NCBI GenBank assembly: GCA_965235115.1
Contig: OZ249436.1
Span: forward strand, 5,210,001 to 5,274,000
Direction of reading: 5' to 3'
DNA from: Laetmonice hystrix
Taxonomy: Eukaryota
Length of the DNA: 64,000 bases
Shown here: positions 12,988-26,659 of the stretch, in pieces
Layout of the letters: each line of letters starts with the position of its first letter
Position numbering within the stretch: the first letter of the stretch is position 1
Notes under the pieces: generated by a model
Seen by the model: the letters and a program-made list of their open reading frames with translations, nothing else
Told to the model about the DNA's origin: nothing
The model's database searches: none
Position numbers and translations under genes: made by a program

Positions 12988-15052
12988 TGCGGACCGATCA
13001 CTTCTCTAGCTGCACATGAAGACTACACTCTCTTAACTGATGTTGTCCAGAGTGTGGTCAGTAGGTTTTGAAGGGGCCCTCTCCCTCTCACACCCCTCTG
13101 TCTTCGGGTTATGCCATGAGAAAGTCACGGAGTGCGTGCGGCCACTGGAGCTTCCTGTTCCAGATTTAACCTACCAGGCGGCAATAGGCAATCCCATTGG
13201 CTCCCACTGCCAGTTCCTCCATGCTTCGCTGGTTCGGGGCTCAGTCTGGCAGAGGAGGGGCCGTCATGGAACATGTCCTTCGAGATTTTGCTTTTCGTAT
13301 GTAAATGTAGGCCTACTTCATGCTTTAGTGACGTTGACCTTATATGTCTTCGTCCGGACTAGATACCTCATGTAACATCAGTTGGAGTATGCTCTATTTG
13401 GCTGGCTGGTCCGGAGTCAAAGCTGCTCATGTATAGATAGCAGCCAAGAGGATATTTGTAAACTAAACATTCCGAGAAGTGACCATGAAGTGTAGGGTAG
13501 TATTTTTATATGATACAACGTGACCATGCGATCTTATACTGCATGCAGTATTTATAATAGGACAGACAATCAATATTAAGGCCCCCGTAAACCATGGTCT
13601 TCGTAACCCACTTGTGGAGCTCTAGGGGTTCGAGTGCGGATAGTCTATACTTGCACACGCCATCATTCATTCATTCATTCATTCATTCATTCATTCATTC
13701 ATTCGCTATCCAATTATAGAAAATTATGGTTAGCCAGTGGTGAATTTAATGACCATCTTCCCGGGCTTACGATCTTTTTTTGCATTCCGATCTATTAAAC
13801 TCTCAAAACATTAAAGGTGAACTTGAAATCATTTTTCCCAAATGATATTTCATCATCCTTTCTTTAGGTTCGGTCAAAGCGTAATTTCTCCGATTAAAAT
13901 TTATGTTTTTATTGAGGTCAAGAAAGGCACCATAATAAAATTCTAGGTTCGAGCGATAAGCGAAAGTATTTTAAAAATGGAGTGGAAAAATAATTATGTC
14001 TCCGCTGTCCTCCTGGCTTCCAAGTGTGCTCCGATTTAAAAGAAATACGGTCTCTTATCGCCTGAACGTGAAATTTTAACATGGTGCCCCTGGGGTTTAA
14101 AGGTAAGTGTTTGAGGAATTTGGGGTGTCACTTTAATGTAAGAGTGCTATGTAGCGGGCAGGTGCCATTTTCAGACAGTCCGATCCCAAACAGCCTTGTT
14201 TCATCATGTGGCAGTCAACAGAACTGTTTCTAGGGGGCGGGGGTCCCCATGGCAATAAAAGAAAGTTTTCTTGTTCTGATTAAGCCATGAATACCTTTAC
14301 TCCGCGCGGCAAGGTCATGCCCTGCTCTCTGGAGTGAATGCAGTTCTGAAAGGGTATTTCTGAAACCCTAAACTTTAATGATTACCATTCGTTATGAAGT
14401 AGCCTACAAATGGCCTATAATGTAATAATTCTTTTAATTGACGTGGGCCATAGATCATTGAAGGGCGCGGCTGTGCCATGTATTTCTGTTTGCATGCATG
14501 TTTTTGCTCTATATTTCCTATACTAGAGGCCAAGGCATACGCTGCATCCTAAAAGCGGAGTTATTTGGATTAAACGAAGATTATTTTTCATATACCCATG
14601 CATCTTACCTTATGGAAATGGTTTGGGCATCAACCTTTTCATCAGAACGGCAAATATTCCGAAAACGATATCGATTTAAACCTTCCTAAACTGATAAATT
14701 ATATATGTACCTGTACATACCTGTATGCTAGCATAACAATGCCATATCAATGATATATGTCCTGTTCAGAGAATAAGAAAACTATTTTGGGAGACGGTAT
14801 TCTGGCGGAATGCATACATCGTTTCACTTGTTTGATGTTTGGTTGCTCTGGGCTTGTGCCAGTGCATGTATGTTCATAGGAGGAAGACTTTCCATAGAAG
14901 TAAATTCCGAGTCAGCAAAGCAGACCTTTGGTACCAACGACGGTCTAATTAGTCATCAGTCTCTCGGACAATGAACCAGATGGTATGCGGTATGAACAAT
15001 GGCAATGCTCCAGGGGGGAAAGGCAGCTGATTGTTATTATTAAGAGGATCTC

Positions 15053-15217
15053 CATATTACCAGTAACTTTGTACTGTAGTGTACATATTACCAGTAACTT
15101 TGTACTGTAGTGTACATATTACCAGTAACTTTGTACTGTAGTGTACATATTACCAGTAACTTTGTACTGTACAGTACATATTACCAGTAACTTTGTACTG
15201 TACTGTACATATTACCA
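15053..15217. repeat. 31-bp minisatellite, about 5 copies
   Basis: Unit CATATTACCAGTAACTTTGTACTGTAGTGTA. Confidence 0.9.
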
Positions 15218-17771
15218 ATACTGTCTTATGTTCACATCGATGTACATTATAAATACGTTTGGGTGAGGTATAAACTTTATGCGTTATGTATGTATAAAAG
15301 TTAGGGTATAGAAGTAGGAGTATGTGTTATTTTATACTACCAGTTTTTTATATTTAATGTATTTGCAGGTCATAAGTAAACTTCGTAACTATTACTCAAC
15401 CGGATGGAGCACCAATAAGCCATGGGCTTCAGTGTTCTTTATAATCAGCAATAGAAAATATATGGCATACAAGATCAAATAAAAAAATTTAAAAAAATTA
15501 AAAATGTTAAAATTCCTGCCGTTCTCCTCTCAAACCACGCCGTCTATGAAAACATTTGTAAAGCCGATAGGAAAAGTGAAAGAACCCAATGTTATCTTAG
15601 ATGGTTTTAAAGTTATACCATTCTAGATGTTCTCATGACATCCGTGCAGGAATCAGCACCGGACTGTCAGCAGTTCTGACAATGTGACAGACGCTGCGTC
15701 AGAGGGACGCTGTGACGTCACCTCGTGTCGTGACTTGGATGACGACTGTCAGGCAGGGCAGACGTCAGTGAGTGTCAGCCACGACAGAAGGCCGCACACT
15801 AGTAGTATTTCACAATATCTGCCCAGTCTTACATCTAAGCTTCAAAATCTCGTAACTATGACTTTAAATATCGTAATTACGATTATAAATCGCGTTATTA
15901 CACTTTTTATCTTGTTATTACAATTTTCTATCTCGTTAAGTCGTAAAAATGTGATAAAATGTCGTTATTACGAGAAGTAACGAGATTTAATGTCTTATTA
16001 CGAGATTTATAACAAAAATTGTGGCGCTCTTGACGCGGATTATTTAAAAAGCGTCATAACGAGATAAAAAGTAGTAATTACGAGATTTAAAGTTGTAAAA
16101 ACGAGATTTTAAGTCCTAAAAAGTCATAGCGTCCATAGATCTATATAGGACAATCAAATTAAGGCGCAGGTGGAAATATACGTCGAGCCTTGGCGTTGAA
16201 CAGATCTCGCACACCATTAAGACGCTGCCATTAAACATTTACAAGTGGAAAATACAGCAGTGCGTCAGGACACGCTAACCAGCGCTCAACCTGAGGTTCG
16301 GTCAGAATGTGTACGAAACAGGTTTCAGAATCTCCTGGGATACCTTGTCAGGCCAGCAGTGGTGATTATGGGCGACGTAAAATCATTATTATGGTCATCG
16401 TGATAAGCATCGCCTTTCAGCAATATTTGTCGAGGTACCAGCTGTATAGCGGTGGCTGTGGCAGCCAATGTGGGATGGATGTGATATTTACTTTCTCCGG
16501 TTAGAAATAGGTCTAATTATGTGAAACTGCTGGGATATCCTGTCATGGGCCACCTGGCTGAAGGCTCTTCGATTGACAGTGGTTAAGCGGAATGTTCGGG
16601 GGGGGGGGGGGGCGTTATGGACGAGTGGCTGTCATGAGAGGCAGTCATCTATATGATTATGTCTAGGTCTAGAATGAGTGGGCTGTAAGGTTAGGACGCT
16701 AGCGATCCGATGTCTCTGGCTACACAGGAACATTCTACAGATCCGACTCCAATAGTGTGAGCTGTAACATGTTACTGTGTGTTGAATCAGGTCCATAATG
16801 AATGCAAGTTATCCTCATGATATCTGCAGGGTTCGTTCACTATTCAGTGATCTTATCATCACCAACGGTCTGAGGAGATTTTATTACTTTGATGACCTTG
16901 GTATAAAGAAGGCAAGGATATGTCGATTGGCTGTCGTAAAGCCACCAATCAACCACTCACCATGTCAACTGGATAGTTCAATACAACCCTGTCATCAATT
17001 TATTGTGATCATTTTCATGGTCAATAATCAATAAAACATTGTCTTTATTCTAGATTTACCTTCATTTTCATTACTATTGGTGATGTGTGGTAACTTTGAA
17101 AACAAGTCGGATGGTACTGAAGATATTGGCTACGAGTTCTTACAGTTTACATCCCTTTACAATCAATTAAATATATCGTAACCAAACAGTACAACAAAGG
17201 AATATATAAAGCTGTCACTGTGGTGAGCCCTGCTCTTCCCTGTATACAATATGCACGAGTGATTCTTCCCCTTCCGGTGAGGGTCGACCGATCACCAACA
17301 ACAGCCAGGTATCGATTGGTAATCGATGTATAGACTGGCAAGATGTGGTGCTGGGGCCGGCCCGATGGCCTACTTGTTGCCGACGTATAGTTCGTAATCA
17401 GTGTATTCATGAGTCCGATCCTGACTTCTCCATCTCTCTTCAAACATTATGGCACCCTGAACTTCTACAAGCCGATCTCCTCAGCAGATCGGCCATGATC
17501 TGTCAAAGGAAATCTCATCTATAAAAAGGTAAGTGGCACTTTTTCTACTCGCAAGGATGATGCCCTCTCTCAGCCTGATTAGCCTTTACCAACCACTGAC
17601 TGGCTTCAGTCTCTGGTACCCTTCACCCATGGTTTGACACAGGGTTTCAATGGTATAATGCATTAAGACTGGACCGTAGTAAGAATGATATCAATTTTAC
17701 ATTGAATGACCTCTTTGAACCGTAAATACTTATATAAGACTTGATTTGTAACCTCTCGTTGGCATATCATC

Positions 17772-17776
17772 CTACA

Positions 17777-17832
<56 letters not shown>

Positions 17833-17860
17833 TACTACTACTACTAGCCTACTTCTACTA
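17772..17860. repeat. (CTA)n microsatellite
   Basis: Seen directly. Confidence 0.95.
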
Positions 17861-17967
17861 CGATACTATACTGTTCGCAATTCGCCGTCAAAAACACCCT
17901 TTGATAGTGACTCAGGAACCTGTTCCTCATGTTACTCATGTGACCCTGATTCTGATGTGTGACCTCA

Positions 17968-18131
17968 GGGGCCCGTCTTACAAAATCCCCACCAAAATCC
18001 CCAGATCAGGGATATCCCCGTTGTGAGGTGTCTCACTAAAACGTCCCTCCATTGAAACAGTGTTGGGGAGATGTCTCCAATTTGGGGATGTCCCTGATTT
18101 TGGGAGTGACATTCTTAGTAAGACGGGCCCC
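17968..18131. mobile_element. Harbinger-like MITE; related copy at about 32487-32630
   Basis: TIR GGGGCCCGTCTTAC. The internal CAGGGATATCCCCGTTGT..CTCCATTGAAA..GATGTCCCTG is shared with the 32.5 kb copy. Confidence 0.7.
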
Positions 18132-18819
18132 AAGATCCGTTCCACAATTCCTCTGTATTGAAACTTCCAAATGTTCCAGATAAGATGGCTTCATAGGCGG
18201 CGAAAGTGAGGGGGCAGAGGTCACTCCCCCCAATAATTCCCCCTTTTGGTATCAGTTATTCCCCCCCCCCCATACCCCTCTTTTTTTCCTCAATTCAGTT
18301 GGAATCCTAGATTTGGGGGTTGTAGGCCTACTATAATTTGGGGGAGCTAAAGTAAGAAATCGCTAGATTTAGAACTACATCTTTCTCCCTGTCCTCCACA
18401 ATTCCAAGCAAGACCTATATGCGATGCCCAGTTTAACTTTCGGTGGCTGGTTTCGGTTTTGTAAATTTTGATGACAGGGAAAGGTGCCCCCCCCCCTATT
18501 AACTCAGTTCGAGATTTTCCTCACACAACGTGCCCAGATAGTCACGCTCCCCATCATTCGGGCACGGAAGTTTGAAACTTGACAATGGGATATGGAAGGC
18601 AGTGCCAAATGAACCGATCAAAAATCGTGCGTGGAATTAGAAATAACTTCGGAAAAAGTGAATATCCATTAGATTTACGAAAGGCCCATTCATAGTCCAG
18701 TCGCTGACTGTGACCAGCGCTTTCAGCAGCCATGAAATCTTTCCGATGTTCCATCCTCCTTCAACAGCTGATTCTACGCATTTATTATTGAAGACACGAG
18801 CACGAGCTATACAGCAGGA

Positions 18820-18915
18820 CACAGCCCAATCAATGAACCAATCATATGTTTTTATAGCCTACTCTTCAGTCTCGTTCTTCTGCGCCGGTTTCTCCAAGAT
18901 GGCGGCGCCCTAATG
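18820..18915 (+). promoter_or_regulatory. Candidate DUOXA proximal promoter/5' UTR
   Basis: Two CCAATCA boxes (about 18826 and 18838) and a YY1-type CAAGATGGCGGC (18895-18906) just upstream of the ATG. Confidence 0.5.
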
Positions 18916-21900
18916 GAGTCTGTACGTCGGTCAATGTTCGGGTTGTTCCGGAAGTGGCCGTTCCCGACCCTATATCCGCCTCTACCTACTGCAGTCACCA
19001 CTGATGTACTGGTGGTCGGGACGGCTTATGGCCTCCTTTGTCTGTTCATCTCCTTCATCCTCATCCTGCCAGGGGTCAGACACCGCCAGGTGACGTTTTT
19101 AGACCGTGTATAAAACGAGATTTAGATCTTTTACCATTACCAAGAAATAAAGTTATACGCAATTTATTCAGAAAAACACGGCATATATTTTCAAACTTCT
19201 CCTTCCAGGACCGCTTTCTCCCAAATTCACAAAGTATACGTTTGTCAAATTATCGATATCAAGATTCTGAAAAATGATCAAATCAACGCCATGAGGCATG
19301 ACCAGCAGGGTGGGTCAATCAGCGGTATAGATTGAATGGTTGTAGCTAATTGCAGTTTATGTCAGCAACAAGAAATAAACAAATGACCCAGAAATTATAA
19401 GTTACGAGTGGGATGCTGAATTAATCATCTTAATTGACAGAGGCGGAATTCGGCTATCCAACTTATGCTGGGCATGTTCATATTGGCCTCCATATTACGT
19501 GAGTTGAAAGCTCTGATTCATTCTGCCACCATTGCTGTGGTAAGGTTATAATGCAGTTGTTTTACAGTGCAGAGATCTGTAGATCCATACGTGTTGGGGT
19601 GATATAATACAAAGTATGACTATGTACTACAAATGTAGGTCTATTAGTAAACCCGTGGCTCCGGGTTCCGGATTTCATTTTGATCAAAGTTTTCATTGTG
19701 TCGTCACAGTGTGTAACTTTGGCCAGGACTGGGAGGTGGCTTCTCTGGTGACGAGGACTCAGTATAAGGCTGGAGTCAAGGGTATCATCAGGGCAAGTAT
19801 CAAGGTCAAGATCGGACTCAGGTCTGTCAACATTACTCTGACAGGTACGTTGACGTCCTACCAATATCAATATCCCAGGTGTAAAAAAACACAATAACGG
19901 TTTGAGTTCAAAAAGGGTTAGAGTTAGGGTTAGAGTTAGGGATAGCATTGGTTATTAACTCTTAGAGATTTACGGTTAGTTAGGGATAAGGATAGTGATA
20001 TTCCAACACAGTTGAGAGCAGCTAGGCTAACTGTCACGTGCGTCCTACTCGGCATTTGATTGGCCGAAATGGCAAACCTGTCTGGAGGAAAAGAAATTCG
20101 CAGCCCGGGTAGGCCTAATTCACAATCATTTTACTATACCAAATGGCCATTATGTTTAGGGCAAGTTTTGCCCTAAAGGTGGAGATGCCGTCACGATGTC
20201 AACTTCCTCACTCCCCCACTCGGCATGTTTTCGCTGAAGGCTACATGACATTTTTAGTGACCACAGCCAAGGGTCACCATTCTAGGCTACTACCACCATC
20301 TGTGGTGTATCCTTGTGTCCTCCAGGTATACCCCGAACTGTGTGGTTTGGCGCTGGTATCGCGGAGACCATTGATTACAACGAGCGTTTCTCGTGGGACA
20401 ACGAGGGATGGGTCCAGGGGCAGCTTGGGTTTGGTCCAGGAGGTAGGTACACATTCTGTCTACCTCCAGGGGCAGACGTTTGGCATAAATAGAGGTCATG
20501 AACCTATAAGGTTACCTCATGTAAGGCTATGCATACATCGTGTTTTGATTCATTTGGGTTCTTCAAAGTGCCAGGGGACCATTGCTCTTTAAGTATAGAA
20601 GTTAACAAAAGTGTTGTTTTTCGTTCTTTTGATCGTTTTCTAAACGTTTTAGCTGGCAGATTCAACCAGGAGTACCGAGCTGGTCAGGTGCGCGGTCTGC
20701 CCTACCCGATCCTGTGGATCGCCGAGTACCTAACGGTAGACGGGGAGGGGCTGCGATGGGGGCGTTTCTACCGCCAGGCCGGGTACTTCACCCACGCCCT
20801 ACTCTGGTCAGCTTCCATTGAGGGTGTAATAGAGAAAAATATCCGTTCTAATGATGGACTGCTCAGGCCCGGAGAGTTGGCTGCCCCTAAATAAGACTGA
20901 GGAAATGGTTAAATTCACAATTTCTGTGTGTAACAAATGTATTTTGTGCAGGTTTTGTGATTAATCCCCATGACACGTTTGAAGAGAAAGACGTTAAAGA
21001 CGTTACAGTGGTATGTCCTATAGTGGGCATACATGTTCCTCACTGAATTTCTGTGCATGGATTTCTCCAGGCTGGCTCTGCCGCTGTGGCTACTGTCTTT
21101 GGTGCTCCTCAACTTGGTTATTTCCTACGGCGTCGCCTTCTGCCTGCTGACCGGTTCTGACCTGCTGCTGGCTGCGACTGTCTACTCCCTCACTCGTAAC
21201 CCGGTATCATTGGTCATCCCGTTCGAGGACGGCAGGCTTGAGTTCCACTGGGGATGGTGCTTCTGGCTCTGTATCTCTGCAGGTCTCGTGTCCTCATTCT
21301 GTAATATCATGGTTCGAAACTATAGTAGAAACTTGAACCTTATTGAATATAGGTATATGATTGATAGCTTCCTTATCAATCTCTAAGTCTAAGATTCCTA
21401 TGTTAAGTTACCCTCCCCCTTGAGTCACTCACCCCTTCACTCAAGCAATGATGCATGGTACGGTGCGACTGTATATTTATCAGTTCACTCTTGGTGCGTA
21501 GGGCAGAATATGTCATAGATTTGGACCGCAAAGAATTATGTATATATCACACCATTTTATTGTACATAAGCGATAAGATGTAATACCGATGCCGTGGTGT
21601 TCTTTCCTGCAGGTTTGCTGTGTGTTTTCCTGCAGGTTTGCTGTGTGTTTTCCTGCAGGTTTGCTGTGTGTTTTCGTCGGATGTCTCGTCATGGTCCTTG
21701 ACCACTGGAACGCCGACAAAGTGGCCGGCTTCTTCGGGAAAGACGTTTGTGACGAGGCGCAGGAACTTTACGTCAGTGAGTTCAACCTGAGGCTTCTTCA
21801 CGTCATATATGTTTACAGGAAGGTTTGGTCCGTGGGACTTCAGCATCAGGTTTAATAATAATCATTAAAAGAAATCCTTTTTTAGGTACGGCGGACCTGC

Positions 21901-22613
21901 GGGATCTCGAGAGGACGTCATCCCGATACCCAGTGTCCAAGATAAGGTCAGTTGTCAGGTGGTGTGGGGGGTCGACTGCGAGCCTCGGACCCCCGTCCAG
22001 TGACGACGGTTCGAGTCTGAATGACTACGATGATCAGGATACCTTGGTGGCCAACGAGGTTGGTATAACTCTAACCATTCAGGTTTGGTAGCCACCATGC
22101 AACGACTGGTTCTCCAGCCAAAATACACGACAGTTGGCCCGAAAAGATTAAAGACATCGGGCAGACCTTTTCAGCAACTGCTCCGTCGGCAAGAAAATCT
22201 GCAAATAGAATGCAACCATCTTAACTCTTTCCAAATGAACATAGCGAACCTACAAGTACAAAATATGTGCACAAAATTATGATAACTAGTGATTTAAATG
22301 TTATTCATTATGTTCAGTCTAAATATCACAATATTTACATTAACAATCAGTAGACCAGGCTCAGTCAAAGTTTGGTTTACCATGAAATGCACGACAATTC
22401 CATAGACCCACGTCTTCTGTTTTTAACATTTTCATCTCTCTTTTTTTCTTTTAAAAACAGAACTACCACCAGATGTTCCTGAAACGTACCCCATCCTCGC
22501 TTCTGCTGCTCAAGGTTACCAACAAATTGCGCGACTCGTTCCCCGTCCTCAAGAGGAAACCGATTACTCATTCAGACGGTGGACAGTGTTCGGTCATCCC
22601 GACATACACGTAG
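18913..22613 (+). CDS. DUOXA: Dual oxidase maturation factor (DUOXA/NIP family)
   Basis: Exons 18913-19089, 19441-19498, 19710-19844, 20326-20442, 20653-20806, 21071-21282, 21659-21775, 21886-22058, 22461-22613. Motifs ILPGVR, CNFGQDWE, VKIGLRSVNITL, IDYNERFSW, GLPYPILWIAEY, WGRFYRQAGYF, FHWGWCFWL. The 3' end is uncertain: either stop at 22611-22613 or a splice to the exon at 27270. Confidence 0.93.
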
Positions 22614-22666
22614 CTATCCTTACAATATACGTCACTTGATATTTGTGGTCAGGGTCACCTCTTTCA

Positions 22667-25600
22667 GCATTCGGGACTCCCTCGGGCATATGACGTCACT
22701 TCCTGCTATTCGAATATACCCTACACTCTTAAAAATGACGGTTCCGAAAGGGTTCATCATGGAGAACCAAAGTTCTTCAAAGAACCATTTGGTTCTTCAG
22801 CTCGAAATGCGTTCTTTGGCTACGCAGAGGGTTCTTGGCAAAGGAACGTAGGTTCTTCAGTTAAAATAGGTTCTTTACTTAGGTAAAAGGTTCTTCAGTT
22901 TATGAAGAACCATTTTATAAATGGTCTTGTGTGTGCCTGTTTTACTTGAATTTAATGTCAAATAGGATTTTTCTATTCCTAACCAGGTTTCCAGAAAACA
23001 TGTAGGGGAGAGTGGGGCATTGACTGACACATTTTGTCAAAGCCTAATATCTCTGCGGTTATGAATGCTATTCAGAAGCTATTTTGTGGGTGGCTGTCCA
23101 TCAGACCTAGCTTTATTATCGTCTTTGTGTGACTTTCAAATTATACATTTTACAGTTATCCACAAAAAATGCTTCTGTCCGGTTTTCCTCCATGCCTGGG
23201 TCCTACGGGGCAAATCCTGTGGGGATACACTTATTAACTAATTGTATATAGGCCTACCAAGGTCATAGCACGTTGGTTATGGGGTATTCCAAGCTAATGA
23301 GGTCTCCGCCACGTGGCCAAGCGCCGAAACCAGGGTAGCCCTGTCCTTCAGCCCACGTGGCCCATACATGTGGACTAAGACAAGGCGGGGGCTGGACAAG
23401 GTATAAGCGTCGTAGTTCAAACATCCTGTTCTTTCGCTCCGATAAGAAGCAGTCGCTCTATCGACGCATTTTTCACCAACCCACAAAGAAAAGGAAAGCA
23501 TCTTCTGCAGAATTCATCTTCAGATCAGCACACTCTCCTGCACAGCAACTTCAAAGATACAGGGTCACGACCCCTTCTTTGGTAAGTGTTTAACTTTTTC
23601 AATCTGGAGTTGAACGAAGGAATTTAACCCTAACCCTGGAAATATGTCTCATTCAATCAGAGGCATTTTACCTATGTACATTATCCTATAGACATCTGAC
23701 CAATGGACATCTGGCCAATACGTCACTGATGGAGATAGGGACCCCCGTTTTTTTTGTTATAACCGAGTTTCGTTATATTCATTTTTAATGAAAAGTGCAT
23801 ACATCCATAGAAATGTACAAAGGAACCAGAAAAATGTATGTGTTTTCTTTTACTTTTTCTTTTCATTGTCATTAATCATGTCGGGAAATCCACCAAAATA
23901 CAGTCATGGGATCTTTGGTTTGGAGAAAACCACCTCTCCTGCAGTGTGTATTTTTACTTAGGGAGGCTGAGCTGTGAGAGTGACCAGTTATAAATAGCCA
24001 CCAGCCCAGCTCAGCTGGCCGTGTAACCTAGCCGGTCAAGCCCCATGTAATTAGGTCACTCATTACCATAATACCACCCACATCTAGAGTCTCTCTCTCA
24101 CATGTTAGTCAGCCTGGAGTACATCCTGTGAGGGTCAGGCCAACTTAACTGGACATCCTACTGTGTTTTAAAAACCGGATTTTACTTTGTCCATTAATGG
24201 ACATTCAAATGGATTATTGTGAAGAGGGAGGTTTCTGTGTGAACAGTTGAGGAGGAGCCACTATAGGACTCTCTGTGTGTGAGCAACGAGTCGTTGGTGT
24301 GAGCTAGGCCAGTTTCACCACCATTTGTGAACACGTGGTCAGCTGAAAGCCATGTGCCGGGTGGGTTCCCTATTTGTTACACCATGTGTGCAGATCCACT
24401 TATTCCTTAATCTCCACAATCCTTTCAATACTCGGCCATGGTTTATCAGTGTTGGTCAGCCCCAAAAAGGTTATAATACTATTTTTTTGTACACCCACGT
24501 GCACGGGTGACGCCATGTTGGATTTGGTGTTAGGACAGTGTGCGTGGGAGACGCCATGTTCCACGCGCTATGTCCTGGCTTCCATGTACCAGGTCCCAGC
24601 TGACATGGCTTTTGTAGCTTTTTCGGTTTTACCTATATAAAATTACAACAACTTAACATTGTAGTCTAATGTGTGCCCTTTAAATCTTTAGGAAGTGTGC
24701 CGCACTGATGTTGATTCCAGAGAACTGGCCTTTTCTTCACGTTGGATCAGGTATGTAATAAATTACATGAATGCATGCATTCATATGTTAATCTTCAATG
24801 CAAAAAGATGATTATTATCAGAAATAAACTAAAATAGAAAACCTAACATACTAATGCTCCGACACCTTCAAATAGAATCTTGTCTTGAACCCATTTTTAT
24901 TTGGTAATTTTAATATAAAGAAAAGAAAATAATTATGATTGTTTTCTTTAAACAGCACTGTGTGGCTCCTAACAGTCTCCAAGCCTGCTCGGTGCCAACT
25001 CAGGACGAATTCTGATGGATGGGGAAGAGGTGGTACTAATCAGGAATTCGTACACCATCGAGGACTTGGCCTGCACATTTAGTTTATATTACATCTATGG
25101 TATTGAATACCCCAAGGGCTTGAGAAACAGTATATATCGAGAAGTTTCAAGCATTTAATTTTCAAGTGGTCATTAATGCCCCCATGAAAGGGGTCACTGA
25201 TGCCTCCTTTATATTTATCATATTTTTCTTTTGTCGGTATTAGTATCTTTATGCGCCAATGACAAGCATATGTGTATACTACCATACAGTTTTGAATAAT
25301 AATTTCCCAAGCAGTCTGCAGGTTGATTGTGATACAGAGGATGACAGGATTTGTGATGCATCTATGATTAACATCTACTACATCTACTTTTTGTGCATTC
25401 GTTTTGCTTTTGAAAATGCTGTTTTTTTTTGTAAAATAAAAGAATGGGCAAAGTGGTTACGTTGTACATGTTAACTTCTTGTTCACTTAATTACATGAAT
25501 AAAATAGTGTTGTCATGATATCAAAGATTGTAGAATTTACAAATATGGATGTATTTGTTGTATGTGTAACGATGTACATATAATCATTGACTATTTTTTT

Positions 25601-26659
25601 TAATTTAAAAGAAAAATAATCATGGGGAAATTAAAGAACCCTCTTAAATCGATTCACAAAGAACCATTTGAAAACCTACTAAAGAACGCTATTTAAACGT
25701 TTCTCAGAGAACCACTTTAAAACCTGCTAAAGAACCCTATGAAAGAGTTTCTCAGAGAACCATTTGAAAACCTGATAAAGAACCCTATAAAAAAGTTTCT
25801 CACGGAACCATTTGAAAACCTACTAAAGAACCCTATGGAAGAGTTTCTCAGAGAACCATTTGAAAACCTGCCAAAGAACCCTATGGACGAGTTTCTCAGA
25901 GAACCATTTGAAAACCTCCTAAAGAACCCTAGAAAAGAGTTTCTCAGAGAACCTTTCCTAAAGGTTTCACAAAGAACCATTTGAAAACGCATTGAAGAAC
26001 CCTTTTAAGAACCATCTAAAGAACGCTTTCTCATGGTTCTTCGGAGAACCAAAAAAGGTTCCCTATTTGTAATGGCCCGAAGAACCTTTTTGGGTTCTTT
26101 GACGAACCATTTGTTTTAAGAGTGTAGGGTGGAATAGCGGCCATGTTTGGCAACCAGATACACGGCCAAATGGAGGTGTGTAGCGAGGCACTGAGTGAAC
26201 CGTCATATCCCATCGAGCCAGGAAGTAGTGCATTATTGACACCTGCTCCTTCGGCGTTGTATGTGCAAATATAAATTTCTGAAGGGGAACGTTTGAAGAA
26301 GAAAAATGAATCACTCAATTTACCTAAATGGGCGTCAATACGGTAATTTATCAAATTCTGGGAAGCAATATGGCCGCGCCCATGTACGACACTGGCCCGA
26401 CACATGGTAGGACTACTTGTAATCATGTTGTAATTTAAATTGTATCATGACACGATACTATTGTAATATTGCCCACTGACTTCGGGGAAAGCATTGTAGG
26501 CCTATTCTAGTTGCTTCCATGCCTGATGCAGACAAAATACTGCAAGCACTGCCATGCTGTCGAGAGTCCCAGCTAAATGTACCCGCGATGCAATGCTCAA
26601 AATGGCACCTATTTCACCCGAGGCTACTTTCGAAGATATGGCCGAGGATTCCCGAATGC
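22667..26659. mobile_element. MITE of about 600 bp interrupted by the CACTA element
   Basis: TIRs GCATTCGGGA..TCGG..CAT / ATG..CCGAGGATTCCCGAATGC. The parts 22667-22723 and 26125-26659 align with the reverse complement of 44996-45767. Confidence 0.8.
22724..26124. mobile_element. Non-autonomous CACTA/EnSpm-like DNA transposon, 3.4 kb
   Basis: TIRs CACTCTTAAAA...TTTTAAGAGTG flanked by TA on both sides. Subterminal GGTTCTT/AAGAACC repeats at both ends (39-bp units near 25630-26040). Internal spliced remnant near 24990-25155 reads LACTFSLYYIYGIEYPK, like the YYxxxxxYP accessory ORF of animal CACTA elements. Confidence 0.85.
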
